Part shown: piece by piece, positions 38,349 to 48,532 of the stretch
Numbering within the stretch: position 1 is the first letter of the stretch
Layout: the number at the start of each line of letters is the position of its first letter
Virus record (IMG/VR): IMGVR_UViG_3300042564_002455
Coordinates: 1 to 56,491 of that record
Source: a virus
Lineage: Duplodnaviria > Caudoviricetes
Reading direction: 5' to 3' (one strand)
DNA length: 56,491 nucleotides
Program-made: the position numbers and the translations under genes
The notes under the pieces: model-generated
Told to the model about the DNA's origin: nothing
The model's database searches: none
Seen by the model: only the letters and a program-made list of their open reading frames with translations

Positions 38349-39922
38349 TTTTGTTTTTTTTCAAAAAGGTAATCATCAATTAATACATAATCTAATTCCG
38401 TTTCCTCTAAAACATGAATAGCATCACTGATTGAAGTTAAAATTGGTTTACCTTTAATATTAAACGAAGTATTCAATATTACGGGTAATTCCCCTCTATT
38501 TTTTAATTCGGTTAAAATATCATAAAATAATTGGTGTCCATCTTTATTAACAGTTTGTAATCTTCCTGTACCATCATTGTGAGTTATTGACGGCAAAGAC
38601 TCTCTAAATTCTTCTTTAATTTTTGGGGCGTAACTCATAAACTCCGACTCAAATACATCATCGAAAAATATTTCAGAATCTTCAACACGACAAACAGGTG
38701 CGAATGGTCTAAACCATTCTCTAAATTTAACTTTCAAGTTTAATATGTCTTTCATATCTCGGATTGTAGGGTCACAAATAATACTTCTATTCCCTAAAGC
38801 TCTCGGTCCTATTTCAGAACCACCTCTGATCACACCTATAATTTTACCAGATTTTATTAAATCGGTAATTATTGGTACATTTACTTTTTTTGCGTTATAA
38901 TGAATAACATATTCATTTAATTTATAATAATCCGTAATATCTATACCATCATATACAAAATTTTTAACTCTTTGTTTGGTTTTATATAAAAATTGCCCTA
39001 ATGATAAACCGCAATCATTAGGTACAGGTGACATATATAAATTCTTACCTATTTTAGACAATTCAACTTTAAATTTTTGATTGAATAAAACATTTAATCC
39101 ACACCCACCAACAATTATAAAATTATCTGACATATGTAAATAGGGTTTGATTAAATCCATCATAACCTCTTCAAAAACATATTGTGATGTTGCGGCCAAA
39201 TCGTAACTATTTTGTCCATTTAACGAGTTATAATTTAAATTTAAATTTGTTACTGAACTTAAAAAATTTAAATTAGATTGGTATTGACTTGTGTTAGAAC
39301 CCGTATAATACGTTTTGAACGCATTAGTCCAATTATGATTTACATTACCGTACGCACACAATCCCATTACTTTACCCGCATATGCCATAGAATCAATAAT
39401 ATCTCCACCGCCTGCGCTAATTTCAGAGATTGATGAACCTATTCTACCATACGCAACCCCTAAATTATAATCTTTACTTGAGATTAATTTAATTTCATTG
39501 TCTTTAGCGTGAAAAATATTTGTATATGATATTACACCATAATCATGCCCTCCTCCGTCAGCCGAAATTATAATCGCATCATTAAAGTCTGATAAAAAAT
39601 AACCTGAAGATGCGTGAGACATATGATGACCCATCTGTTCAAATTTAGCATTTGGGAAGTGTTTTGATAATAATGTGAAATCTTCCCCAAATAAATTATT
39701 ATATACGATCAATTCAATATCATTTTTAATGTATGATTTAATGTGTTTTAAAAAATTTTCTCTATTTTCGTCATCATTTTCATAATTACCGTACTGTTTG
39801 GTAAATGCTGCGTATCTGACTTTGACAAATCTTTCATATTCAAAAATTCTTAGTTTACCAAATTCATCAATAAAAGTTGCCGATGAATCATGCGCTCCGT
39901 ATATACTTAATATATTATTCAT
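38345..39922 (-). CDS. O-carbamoyltransferase (NodU/CmcH/TobZ family)
   Basis: HDSS, ERF, HHMSHA, DGGG, GKVMGL.AYG, GGCGLN, EIGPRALGNRSI, KFREWFRPFAP, H.DGT.R.QTV, LNTSFN. Confidence 0.93.
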   Translation of the reverse strand: MNNILSIYGAHDSSATFIDEFGKLRIFEYERFVKVRYAAFTKQYGNYENDDENRENFLKHIKSYIKNDIELIVYNNLFGEDFTLLSKHFPNAKFEQMGHHMSHASSGYFLSDFNDAIIISADGGGHDYGVISYTNIFHAKDNEIKLISSKDYNLGVAYGRIGSSISEISAGGGDIIDSMAYAGKVMGLCAYGNVNHNWTNAFKTYYTGSNTSQYQSNLNFLSSVTNLNLNYNSLNGQNSYDLAATSQYVFEEVMMDLIKPYLHMSDNFIIVGGCGLNVLFNQKFKVELSKIGKNLYMSPVPNDCGLSLGQFLYKTKQRVKNFVYDGIDITDYYKLNEYVIHYNAKKVNVPIITDLIKSGKIIGVIRGGSEIGPRALGNRSIICDPTIRDMKDILNLKVKFREWFRPFAPVCRVEDSEIFFDDVFESEFMSYAPKIKEEFRESLPSITHNDGTGRLQTVNKDGHQLFYDILTELKNRGELPVILNTSFNIKGKPILTSISDAIHVLEETELDYVLIDDYLFEKKQK

Positions 39923-39924
39923 TT

Positions 39925-40641
39925 TTAATTTTTATACATGTAAAGTTTATTAACTCCAGAATTTTTTAAAATAACATAACCCATATCAGTTAAAAAATTA
40001 TGAACAGACTCAGGAGAGGAATTATTTTCAAATAAATTTTCCTGAACCTCAACATAAATTAATTTTGGTCTTATTTCACCAAAACCTTTAAAGATTTCTA
40101 GTTCAGACCCTTCAGCGTCAATATGAACAAGAGTTATTTCATTTATATTTTCAGATGAATAAAAATCACTAATCTTAACACTATTAATTTTTACGGCTGA
40201 TGTTTGTTCTATGTGAGGAAAATATTTTTTATAATTTTCAGTAATTTTATACATACTTCCTTGACCTCCGTGTTCGCCAGGATTGTGAAACGATCCGGCG
40301 TCTTTTATTAAACATTTAGCAGGATAAAAATCAATTATTCCACTTTCACTGAATACTGCTTTATTAAATGTTTTAATTCCACAATTTTCGGCAAATTTAT
40401 GCGTTTTTCGATACCTTTCCAAATCTGCCTCAAAAGAGTATACCTCTAAGTCAGGAAATGCTATTTTGTATTTTATGGAATCACCAAAATCGTACGATCC
40501 AACATCTATAATAACTTTAGGGGTAATACCTAACTCTGTGAACCAATTTAAATTAAAATTACTCGAATAGAATTTATTATCATTATAAATAAATTCTATA
40601 TCTTTTTCAAAGGGTGATAAATCAACATTACTATAGTTCAT
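39925..40641 (-). CDS. FkbM-family methyltransferase
   Basis: IIDVGS, YSFEAD, HIDAEGSELEIFKG, IYVEV. Confidence 0.88.
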   Translation of the reverse strand: MNYSNVDLSPFEKDIEFIYNDNKFYSSNFNLNWFTELGITPKVIIDVGSYDFGDSIKYKIAFPDLEVYSFEADLERYRKTHKFAENCGIKTFNKAVFSESGIIDFYPAKCLIKDAGSFHNPGEHGGQGSMYKITENYKKYFPHIEQTSAVKINSVKISDFYSSENINEITLVHIDAEGSELEIFKGFGEIRPKLIYVEVQENLFENNSSPESVHNFLTDMGYVILKNSGVNKLYMYKN

Positions 40642-41816
40642 TATAAATTGTCAAATTCTTTTATTGTGTTTATTATTTTATTTACATCATCATCAGTTAA
40701 ATCTCCGTGACAAGGTAATAAAATAACATCTTCATCACATTTTGCAGTATTTACTAAATAATCTTTAATACCCCCAAAAATAGTGTATTTATCATTTCTT
40801 CTATTATTCACATTAACTTGAATTCCATTACTAAACATATAATTTGCAAAGTTTTCTCTATCCTGAATATGAATAGGGAAAATTTGATAATTTGATTCAA
40901 CGTAGTCAGGTATTTTAACTAATGTTAATTTTTTTAGATTTTTTAATTCATATCTATATTTTTCACCAACACGTTTCCTTTTTAAAAGTTGCTCATTTAA
41001 ATGGTCCATTGCAACACAACCAATAGTTGCGGTAATATCATTCATATTCATTTTATAACCTAATCTAGTTATATCATTTGGTAATGGGTCTAATGGGTCT
41101 GCAATTTTAGTTTCTCTATCAACACCATACCAAACTGTTTCTTTTAATTTCTTGTAATATTCAGGATTTGGTGTACATATAATACCACCATCTCCGCATG
41201 TTACAATTTTAACTACCTGAAATGAAAAAGTTATAATATCCCCTACGGCACCAATGTTAACACCTTTATATTTTGAACCCATAGCGTGAGCTGAGTCCTC
41301 AATTATCGGAAGATTAAATTCTTTACCAATTTCTCGGATTTCATCCATTTCACAAGGCACCCCACCATAGTGTACTACAATGATTGCCTTTGTTTTATCA
41401 GTAATTCTTTCTCTGATACTTTTTGGGTCAATATTTAAAGTGTCGTAATCAATATCCGCAAATACGGGTGTCGCACCAACTTCTAAAATAGATGTGTTTG
41501 TTGCAATAAATGTAAAAGGTGTACTAACAACCTCATCACCTGATCCTACACCTAATGAAATTAATGCCGCTTTAAGGGCTGATGTACCACTATTACAAGC
41601 AACTGCGTATTTTGCTCCAAATTGGTCGCATACTTTTTGTCTAAATTCTTTTTCTTTTTTTCCCGTGTTAATCCACGTTGAGTCCAAAGTCTTTTTTAAT
41701 TCAGATGAAGTTTCTTCAGGAATATGAATAGACCAAGTTCTTATAAACCCGTTAGTTTCATAGTCTTTAATTTGGTTAATTTTTTGACCTCTTTGGTCAA
41801 CTACTACTTTTTCCAT
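40641..41816 (-). CDS. DegT/DnrJ/EryC1/StrS sugar aminotransferase
   Basis: NSGTSAL, GDEV...FTFIAT, VHYGG, IIEDSAHA, FSFQVVKIVTCGDGG with the PLP Lys. Confidence 0.92.
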   Translation of the reverse strand: MEKVVVDQRGQKINQIKDYETNGFIRTWSIHIPEETSSELKKTLDSTWINTGKKEKEFRQKVCDQFGAKYAVACNSGTSALKAALISLGVGSGDEVVSTPFTFIATNTSILEVGATPVFADIDYDTLNIDPKSIRERITDKTKAIIVVHYGGVPCEMDEIREIGKEFNLPIIEDSAHAMGSKYKGVNIGAVGDIITFSFQVVKIVTCGDGGIICTPNPEYYKKLKETVWYGVDRETKIADPLDPLPNDITRLGYKMNMNDITATIGCVAMDHLNEQLLKRKRVGEKYRYELKNLKKLTLVKIPDYVESNYQIFPIHIQDRENFANYMFSNGIQVNVNNRRNDKYTIFGGIKDYLVNTAKCDEDVILLPCHGDLTDDDVNKIINTIKEFDNL

Positions 41817-41821
41817 ATAAT

Positions 41822-42661
41822 TTAAATTAATTTTTTTATAGTTTTAAATATTAAATCGTCAGTTGATTTCATACTTTTCGCAATTTCAATATTTTCATTA
41901 ATTGCGCTCATACGTGAATTATAATCATCAAAAGAAATACTGTAAAGTATTTCATCTAATTCCTCCAAAGTACTAAAACTGATTATTCCTTCAGGATTAA
42001 AATACTCACTCACATTTGGGCACCCCCATAATATGGGCACACAACCTAAAGAAATGGGATCCACTAAAATTTCAGTAAAATAGTTATTAACTTTAGTGTT
42101 CATTATACATATACTATATGAGTAATCTTTTAATGGATCTATTTTATTTGTGAAATTATGGTATCCACTTCCCCACATTTCTATATTATGTTTGTGCGAT
42201 AATTCTTTTGCGATTACGTGTCTGAAATTATGACCTTCAGTATTTTTTTTAAATGACGCAATCATAGACACCAATTTAGATTTATTGTGAATTCCCCACA
42301 TATCATCACTAACTCTAGAAGCCCCAACTATTGTTCTAATATATTTTTTCCCTCGGTTTAATAACTCAGAATCGTGAGTCAAAATATAATCAAATTTGCG
42401 CTCATAATTTACAATATTCGCATATGCATCTGGGGTTATAGCTTTTGATTCTAATAACCAAGCAATTTTAATTTTTGAATTAACTTTATCTACAATATCT
42501 TTATCAAAATGAGTATCGGTGAAAACTGTAACTCCGTCCCACTCCATCATATTTTTAACCCATTCCCCTTCTTTGGGGCATCTACCAAAAGACGAAGTAA
42601 AACAACCATCCTCACCATAAGAATGATTAAACATAGAGTCGAATAAATTAACTTTAAACAT
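41822..42661 (-). CDS. GT10 (alpha-1,3-fucosyltransferase)-like glycosyltransferase
   Basis: AWLLES, KSKLVSMIAS.K, GH.FRH, DYSYSICIMN...NYFTE.L.D....GCVPI.WG. Confidence 0.7.
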   Translation of the reverse strand: MFKVNLFDSMFNHSYGEDGCFTSSFGRCPKEGEWVKNMMEWDGVTVFTDTHFDKDIVDKVNSKIKIAWLLESKAITPDAYANIVNYERKFDYILTHDSELLNRGKKYIRTIVGASRVSDDMWGIHNKSKLVSMIASFKKNTEGHNFRHVIAKELSHKHNIEMWGSGYHNFTNKIDPLKDYSYSICIMNTKVNNYFTEILVDPISLGCVPILWGCPNVSEYFNPEGIISFSTLEELDEILYSISFDDYNSRMSAINENIEIAKSMKSTDDLIFKTIKKLI

Positions 42662-42775
42662 AATTCAAATTTCCAATATTGTAAGTTGATATAAGGTTTT
42701 TATTTATAATATTATTATCAGTTGACGATACTAATTTTATGTTCGTTTTAAATCCTCTTATTTAATTTTTTTCAT
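42654..42775 (-). pseudogene. Probable deletion scar of a gene in the glycosylation island
   Basis: ATG AAA AAA ATT AAA TAA begins 3 nt after the upstream stop. Another frame reads IRGFKTNIKLVSSTDNNIINKNLISTYNIGNLNYV* and overlaps the next ATG. Confidence 0.4.
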
Positions 42776-42778
42776 ATT

Positions 42779-43402
42779 CTATTTAATTAACCAATGGTAA
42801 TCCACAACTCTATTTTCAATATTACTATATCCGTTAATTTGTTTTGCGATAGTTTCAGATGTACAATACACATTATGAATTTTTTGTATGTCACAATAAA
42901 TAACATCTATTGGGTTATCAAATAAAGACAGTTTTTCTAACAATATATCATATATACTACTATTAATTACAACAAAATGTGTTGTAAATGTGTGATGTAG
43001 TTTTACTATTTTTTCATTAATTTTTATTGGGGGCGGTGTTCCGGCACATTCATTATGATTACCACCTAAATAAAACATATCCCAATCATTCGGTAATTGA
43101 TTCATATATGAATCAATATTTTGTATTTCGTCGGTAAAATAACAATCATCCTCAATAACCAAAATATTTTTATAATTATTATTTTTGGCTTCTTTAATTA
43201 TCTCAATATTAGACATGATTAATCCAACATTACCATTTGATATTTTATAATTATGGGGTATTTTATTACCATTAAATGCTTCAAAAAATTTAAACTCACC
43301 TAAATCATATTTTTTACATTCATTTAAGATATTAATTTTTCTATCTTCTCTGTGTTTTAAATTTACACAATATACTTTATCAAATCTATCAAACAATTTC
43401 AT
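42779..43402 (-). CDS. GT25-family glycosyltransferase
   Basis: YCVNLKHREDRK, FEAFNG, ILVIEDD, WDMFYLG. Confidence 0.88.
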   Translation of the reverse strand: MKLFDRFDKVYCVNLKHREDRKINILNECKKYDLGEFKFFEAFNGNKIPHNYKISNGNVGLIMSNIEIIKEAKNNNYKNILVIEDDCYFTDEIQNIDSYMNQLPNDWDMFYLGGNHNECAGTPPPIKINEKIVKLHHTFTTHFVVINSSIYDILLEKLSLFDNPIDVIYCDIQKIHNVYCTSETIAKQINGYSNIENRVVDYHWLIK

Positions 43403-43404
43403 AT

Positions 43405-43962
43405 TTAGTGTCTTACGTTATAATATACTTCCGGAGCAATAACCCAATTATCCGTTAAATTTTTTAATTTCATTAGGAACTCAAAATCTTCAACGCCCCC
43501 ATTCCCATTAAAAAATAAGTTATCAAATTTATTTTTGTATGAAAAAGATATACCGACTTTACCATAAACTAAATCGTTCTTATGGATTTCTGGTAATGTA
43601 TGACCATTTATGTATTTCATTCTCCAAACAACAAAATCATAACTTAAATATTTTTCAAACAATGTTTTCACATAATCTGGATGAATAGTATCATCATCAT
43701 CTAAAAAACCTATCCATTCAGTATCGACAATTTTAATGCCGTGATCCCTAACTAAACCTGACTGACCACCAACCCCGAACGAACCGGTTTTCGGTATATT
43801 AATTATTCTAATCCTTTCGTCATCAAACGTAATACCCTCAACACCATCATAAATGATTATACATCCCCAATTAGGGTTTGTTTGGTTTAATAAAGAGTCC
43901 ACCGTAGATACAATAGTTGGTCTATTTATTGATGGTATTATAAACGTGATTAGATTTTCCAT
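43405..43962 (-). CDS. GT2-like glycosyltransferase
   Basis: ITFIIPS, SLLNQT...W..IIIYDG, WIGFLDDDD, EDFEFL. Confidence 0.88.
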   Translation of the reverse strand: MENLITFIIPSINRPTIVSTVDSLLNQTNPNWGCIIIYDGVEGITFDDERIRIINIPKTGSFGVGGQSGLVRDHGIKIVDTEWIGFLDDDDTIHPDYVKTLFEKYLSYDFVVWRMKYINGHTLPEIHKNDLVYGKVGISFSYKNKFDNLFFNGNGGVEDFEFLMKLKNLTDNWVIAPEVYYNVRH

Positions 43963-44036
43963 ATGTTATTAATAAATATTATTAATAACTCAATTAATTA
44001 ATCATACTTTGTTTTTTATTTTTTCATTATATTTAA

Positions 44037-44936
44037 TTAATAGTTTATTATTTTCGTATTTAAAACTTCGACATATATTTCACTAATTTTTTTAACAACA
44101 TTAGTTGAATAATATTTCTCAATGTCATCAGGCACTTCATACAATTTTTTATCGATTATTTTACCCGTAACATCTACATTATATATCCACCCCGGTTTCC
44201 CACACATCCAACCCTCAATTGTCGTTCTACCTAATAATATGCCAGCTGTTTGGGAACACCTATGAATAAACTCTTCAATTTCCAAAGTTGATTCAAAATA
44301 TTTTACATGTTCATTTTTTAATAAATCTTGTAAGTAATTTGAATGGTTTGTACCAACAATCCATAACTCTTGGTTAATTTCTCTAGTGTATTTAACTAAA
44401 TCAAATAAAGGTTCTTTTCGTAAATGTTCTAATGATCCTACAAATAACAAAAAGTTTTCACTTGGATTATCTAATACTTTAAATCTATTTTCATCGATTG
44501 GATTGTAAATAATTTCGATTTTTTTTTCAGGTATATTAAAGTTATTTACAATATGGTCTTTTATTTGTGGTCTTATTGCTATGTATTTAAAAATACTTAT
44601 ATGATTAATAGGGTTTTCTTCTGAATTTAATTCAGAATGAATTGTGCTTACTTTTTTAGACAATGGAAATAACCTAATTAAGAAATCGGTTATATGATAG
44701 TGTTGACAGTGTATTAAATCAAAATATTCTGTAACTGGTGGTGATGAGGTATGGTAAACTTTAATCCCATTACTTATCGCTAAACTAGTTAATCTACCTC
44801 CAATATTTTGAGATATTACAGATACGTCATAATTTAATTTAATTAGCCCTTTCGCTAACTCATAAACGTACATCTCAGAACCCGTTAATTCTTTAAATAA
44901 GAAACAACCTATTAGAATTTTAATTTTTTTGCTCAT
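44037..44936 (-). CDS. GT-B/GT4-like glycosyltransferase
   Basis: TGSEMYVYELA..L...YDV, IHCQH, IYNPID..RF, GRT.IEGWMCGKP. Confidence 0.82.
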   Translation of the reverse strand: MSKKIKILIGCFLFKELTGSEMYVYELAKGLIKLNYDVSVISQNIGGRLTSLAISNGIKVYHTSSPPVTEYFDLIHCQHYHITDFLIRLFPLSKKVSTIHSELNSEENPINHISIFKYIAIRPQIKDHIVNNFNIPEKKIEIIYNPIDENRFKVLDNPSENFLLFVGSLEHLRKEPLFDLVKYTREINQELWIVGTNHSNYLQDLLKNEHVKYFESTLEIEEFIHRCSQTAGILLGRTTIEGWMCGKPGWIYNVDVTGKIIDKKLYEVPDDIEKYYSTNVVKKISEIYVEVLNTKIINY

Positions 44937-44967
44937 ACTACCTAATAATTATTTTTTATACAACTTA

Positions 44968-46482
44968 TTAATTAACCATATACATTTTTGGTGACAGTCT
45001 ATCTATGTTATTTTTGACTATAGGTAGAAGTTGCGTCTCCCAATCACTTATTAATCTGTTTAATTTATTATTATCCTCATTCCTAGTTTGACTCTCATAG
45101 TGATGAGCAACTAAACTACTATCACAAACATTATTATATCCTAACATAAATGATTTTAAATTTAATTCTACATCTTCAAAACATTCAGTGTAATTCTCAT
45201 TAAAACGCCCAATCTTATTAAATAAAATTTTCCTAATCATAAGGAGAGCTCCCGTTGATCCTATAACATCTTTTTTTATTGTAGAGTAATTGTAATAGTT
45301 AAATAAACATAGGTGAGTAACTCCAAAGTTTTTATCAATTTTGTTTCTATATAAATTAATTCCGTCGTGTTGTACAGTACCATCACCAAAATGAAGCCTA
45401 GCACCTACTGTCCCTGTTTTAGGGTTTTCTTTAAAAATTTTCAACATCCCATAAATTACATTATTCAATAACTTTATGTCATTATTACAAAATAAAAGGA
45501 ATTCGTACGAATCATTAATATGGCTTTTAACTACGTCGTTATTTATTTTTGCAAAGTTATAGTAATCATATTCAATTAAGTTAATGTTATTTTTTAATGA
45601 AATGTAGTTTTTTATTTGGTTTTTTTCTTCATCAGAAGATCCGGTATCGGCAATAAAAATATCAAATAAATTAGGATTACAGTGTTCATAGAAAGAATCT
45701 AAACAAGGTAATAACAATTCTAATTTACCCTTAGTTGGTATTATAACGGCAACCTTACCAAGGTTCTTTATCGGTTTTTCTTTTATTTCCGGTACATAGA
45801 TTCTATCAGGTTTTAAATCCAAAGGTAACTTACTTCCATATTTCTCAACAAACTTTATTTTACTTTCCCAAAATTCTTGATTTGGTTGTCCAACCGATTG
45901 GTGAGTAATCTCAAATGACGATGTTACACCAATTTTAACACCATCCAAATAATTAGGAACACAAAATAAATGGTCATAAAAATGGAATTTCCCTATGGAT
46001 TCATCGAAGGTGTGTTTTATTTTTGTTTTATTAAAAGTTATAAATAAACCATCAATGGTTACTACAGGTATTAGAAATGGTAATTTAGGTGAATACCTAT
46101 TTAACCATTTCTTTTGACCTTCAGGGTGGTGATAAACTTGACCAACCATTGTTTGTTGCATCTTATCCCAATATACACCTGATTCGGGAAAATAACATGA
46201 CCCTGCTTTACCGATAATCCCATACTCAGGATTTTCTTCAAAATCCTTTAATAACTTTTTACCCCAACCATTTTCCAATTTGATGTCATTGTGACAACAA
46301 ACTATAATATCATAAATTGATTCAGATACTCCTCTATTATATAATTGAGATAACGAATATTCGTTATGGTTAATATACTCCAATATCTGAACATCTTTTA
46401 ATCCAACTGATTTTGAAATGTGTTCTTTGAAGGTCTTATTGTAATCTTCCGATTTATGTGTTGAGTAAATTATTGTTATCAT
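44968..46482 (-). CDS. Two-domain GT-A/GT2 glycosyltransferase
   Basis: N-domain YN.G...CCHNDI...DGLF...FHFYD; C-domain VIIPT, ADTGS, FCNND, TGALL, FEDVEL. Confidence 0.88.
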   Translation of the reverse strand: MITIIYSTHKSEDYNKTFKEHISKSVGLKDVQILEYINHNEYSLSQLYNRGVSESIYDIIVCCHNDIKLENGWGKKLLKDFEENPEYGIIGKAGSCYFPESGVYWDKMQQTMVGQVYHHPEGQKKWLNRYSPKLPFLIPVVTIDGLFITFNKTKIKHTFDESIGKFHFYDHLFCVPNYLDGVKIGVTSSFEITHQSVGQPNQEFWESKIKFVEKYGSKLPLDLKPDRIYVPEIKEKPIKNLGKVAVIIPTKGKLELLLPCLDSFYEHCNPNLFDIFIADTGSSDEEKNQIKNYISLKNNINLIEYDYYNFAKINNDVVKSHINDSYEFLLFCNNDIKLLNNVIYGMLKIFKENPKTGTVGARLHFGDGTVQHDGINLYRNKIDKNFGVTHLCLFNYYNYSTIKKDVIGSTGALLMIRKILFNKIGRFNENYTECFEDVELNLKSFMLGYNNVCDSSLVAHHYESQTRNEDNNKLNRLISDWETQLLPIVKNNIDRLSPKMYMVN

Positions 46483-46484
46483 AT

Positions 46485-47045
46485 TTATTTTTTTTCGAAA
46501 ATCATTAAAGTGTTTCTAAAGTACGAGCATTTATCCTCAGGTGTTTTCCTAACACTTTCACTTAATTCTTCAAGATATGTGAATCCTAATCCCTCAATTA
46601 ATGGTAGAATCTCATTATTATTTAATTCATTAAAGTGTCCATACCCTCCTTGTCCTCTTATAGCCCAAGACATGATTAAATATTTATCACAATTATTAAG
46701 AATATTATTTAAAAATATTTCTTGGTACTTTGCCGGAATATGCTCCCCAACCTCTAAACATATAATAATACCTTTTTCCTTTAGTATAAATGGTTGGGAT
46801 AAATCAAATTTCATAATTTCGAAATTATGATCCATTCTCATAGGGTCGGCCTCAATTCCTTTTAGTTTTTTAAATCCCTTCGAATCCAAATCCTTTAAAT
46901 AGTCACCCAAGCCACAACCAAAATCATATATTTGATGGTCTTTATAATCCGATAAAAAATCGGATATCCATTTGCTTAAATTATCACTATGTATGTGATG
47001 AGATATTGAGTTTTCTTTACTCCAAAAACCAGTTTCGTTTATCAT
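46485..47045 (-). CDS. Class I SAM-dependent methyltransferase
   Basis: YDFGCGLG, CLEVGEHIP, SWA..GQGG.GH.NE. Confidence 0.88.
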   Translation of the reverse strand: MINETGFWSKENSISHHIHSDNLSKWISDFLSDYKDHQIYDFGCGLGDYLKDLDSKGFKKLKGIEADPMRMDHNFEIMKFDLSQPFILKEKGIIICLEVGEHIPAKYQEIFLNNILNNCDKYLIMSWAIRGQGGYGHFNELNNNEILPLIEGLGFTYLEELSESVRKTPEDKCSYFRNTLMIFEKK

Positions 47046-47067
47046 ATTTTTTATTTTATATTATTTT

Positions 47068-47907
47068 TTAGTTATCAAAAAAAGTAAGTTCGTAATATTT
47101 TTTAGCATTTTCTTCAGATTTATCGTATATATTTTTGTTTAATTGTGTTGAGTATCCGCTTGTTCCTGACCAATATGCGTGTATATAATTTTCTCGGTAA
47201 TCTGTAAATTTATAACCTTTTAAATGTAAACTTTTAAACCAAGGATCACCTAAATCTAATCCATAAACTCCAAAGAATGGAGTGTTGTTATTCGGAAAAG
47301 TTTCTTTATTATTTAATTCTAAATTTATTAGGCACGCCCACTCATTTAATCTACATTCCGGCATTGGTTTTGGGTTGTTTCTATCGATATTATGTAATCC
47401 TGTTCTAATGTGAGGAAGTTTTAAGTTTAATACTTCGTCAATAGATGGATTCCAATCATAAAATTTACTACCACTACAAAGACCCTCACTAAAAGCCGGG
47501 CAATTCCAACATTGACCTATTTCACCAATACCAATTGAATTTCCAATTTTTTCTAACATATCTCCAATTATATCTCCGGTATATAAAATATCATTATGTG
47601 TTATAAAAATAAATTTTTTATCACTTTTATCAATTCCATATTGATATCTAACTGTGTGTCTATCAGACTCATTAGAATAATCCACTTTAAATTTAGTAAA
47701 TGTATATTTAATAGGGGTGTGAACTATTAAATTATTAAAATAGTCAAAAATCCAATCAACATTTTCATTATATGGTTGTTCTTTTTCTTTAATAAGAAAA
47801 ATTTTATCTATTAAATGTCCGCTATGTTTCATTAAACTTTTTAATGTACATAATGTTTGCCAAGGTTTCCCAAAAACGTTAATACAAACGTCAACTTTAT
47901 TTTCCAT
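47068..47907 (-). CDS. Putative GT-A-fold glycosyltransferase
   Basis: VDVCI, TLKSL, FITHNDI; lies within the glycan island. Confidence 0.55.
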   Translation of the reverse strand: MENKVDVCINVFGKPWQTLCTLKSLMKHSGHLIDKIFLIKEKEQPYNENVDWIFDYFNNLIVHTPIKYTFTKFKVDYSNESDRHTVRYQYGIDKSDKKFIFITHNDILYTGDIIGDMLEKIGNSIGIGEIGQCWNCPAFSEGLCSGSKFYDWNPSIDEVLNLKLPHIRTGLHNIDRNNPKPMPECRLNEWACLINLELNNKETFPNNNTPFFGVYGLDLGDPWFKSLHLKGYKFTDYRENYIHAYWSGTSGYSTQLNKNIYDKSEENAKKYYELTFFDN

Positions 47908-47908
47908 A

Positions 47909-48532
47909 TTATATTCCTGTTGAACCGAAACCGTTTGAGTTTCTATCTTTTTCTTTTATTTCCGATACTTTAATTAATTCCACATATCCACCTGCAAATA
48001 CAGGACATAATACACCTTGAGCAACTTTCATACCCTTAGTAATTTTGAATTCGGAGTTGTTGGTATTAAAGATAATTGCTTTAACTTCACCATTATAACC
48101 ATTATCCACAGTTCCAGGTGAGTTCAATACCATTAATCCTTGATTGATTGCCAACCCACTCTTTGTTCTAACTTGAATTTCTAATCCTTCAGGGATATCA
48201 AAACAAACTCCCGTAGGAACTAACACCCTACCGAAAGGTGGGATTACTATCTCCTCAACTGAATATAAATCAAATCCTGAGTCGGATTCGTAATTGTATT
48301 TGGGTTCAATAGCGTCAGGATGAATAAGGTTAAACTTTAAAGGAGATCGTTCCTTATGAGACCTAATCTCATCTTCCATTGCCAATAAATCAACGCCGAA
48401 TTCCGATTTAATTAAATCATAGTCAATATCCATATCCTCTTCATCTGAGTCCTCAACCATATTAGATGACAAATAATCTTTCAATTTATAAAGTTTTTCT
48501 TGCATTTCGTCAAACTCTTTTTGATTTTCCAT
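47909..48532 (-). CDS. dut: Trimeric dUTPase with acidic N-terminal extension
   Basis: SGFDL, KSGLA, GTVDNGYNG, VAQ, R...GFGSTG. Confidence 0.93.
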   Translation of the reverse strand: MENQKEFDEMQEKLYKLKDYLSSNMVEDSDEEDMDIDYDLIKSEFGVDLLAMEDEIRSHKERSPLKFNLIHPDAIEPKYNYESDSGFDLYSVEEIVIPPFGRVLVPTGVCFDIPEGLEIQVRTKSGLAINQGLMVLNSPGTVDNGYNGEVKAIIFNTNNSEFKITKGMKVAQGVLCPVFAGGYVELIKVSEIKEKDRNSNGFGSTGI

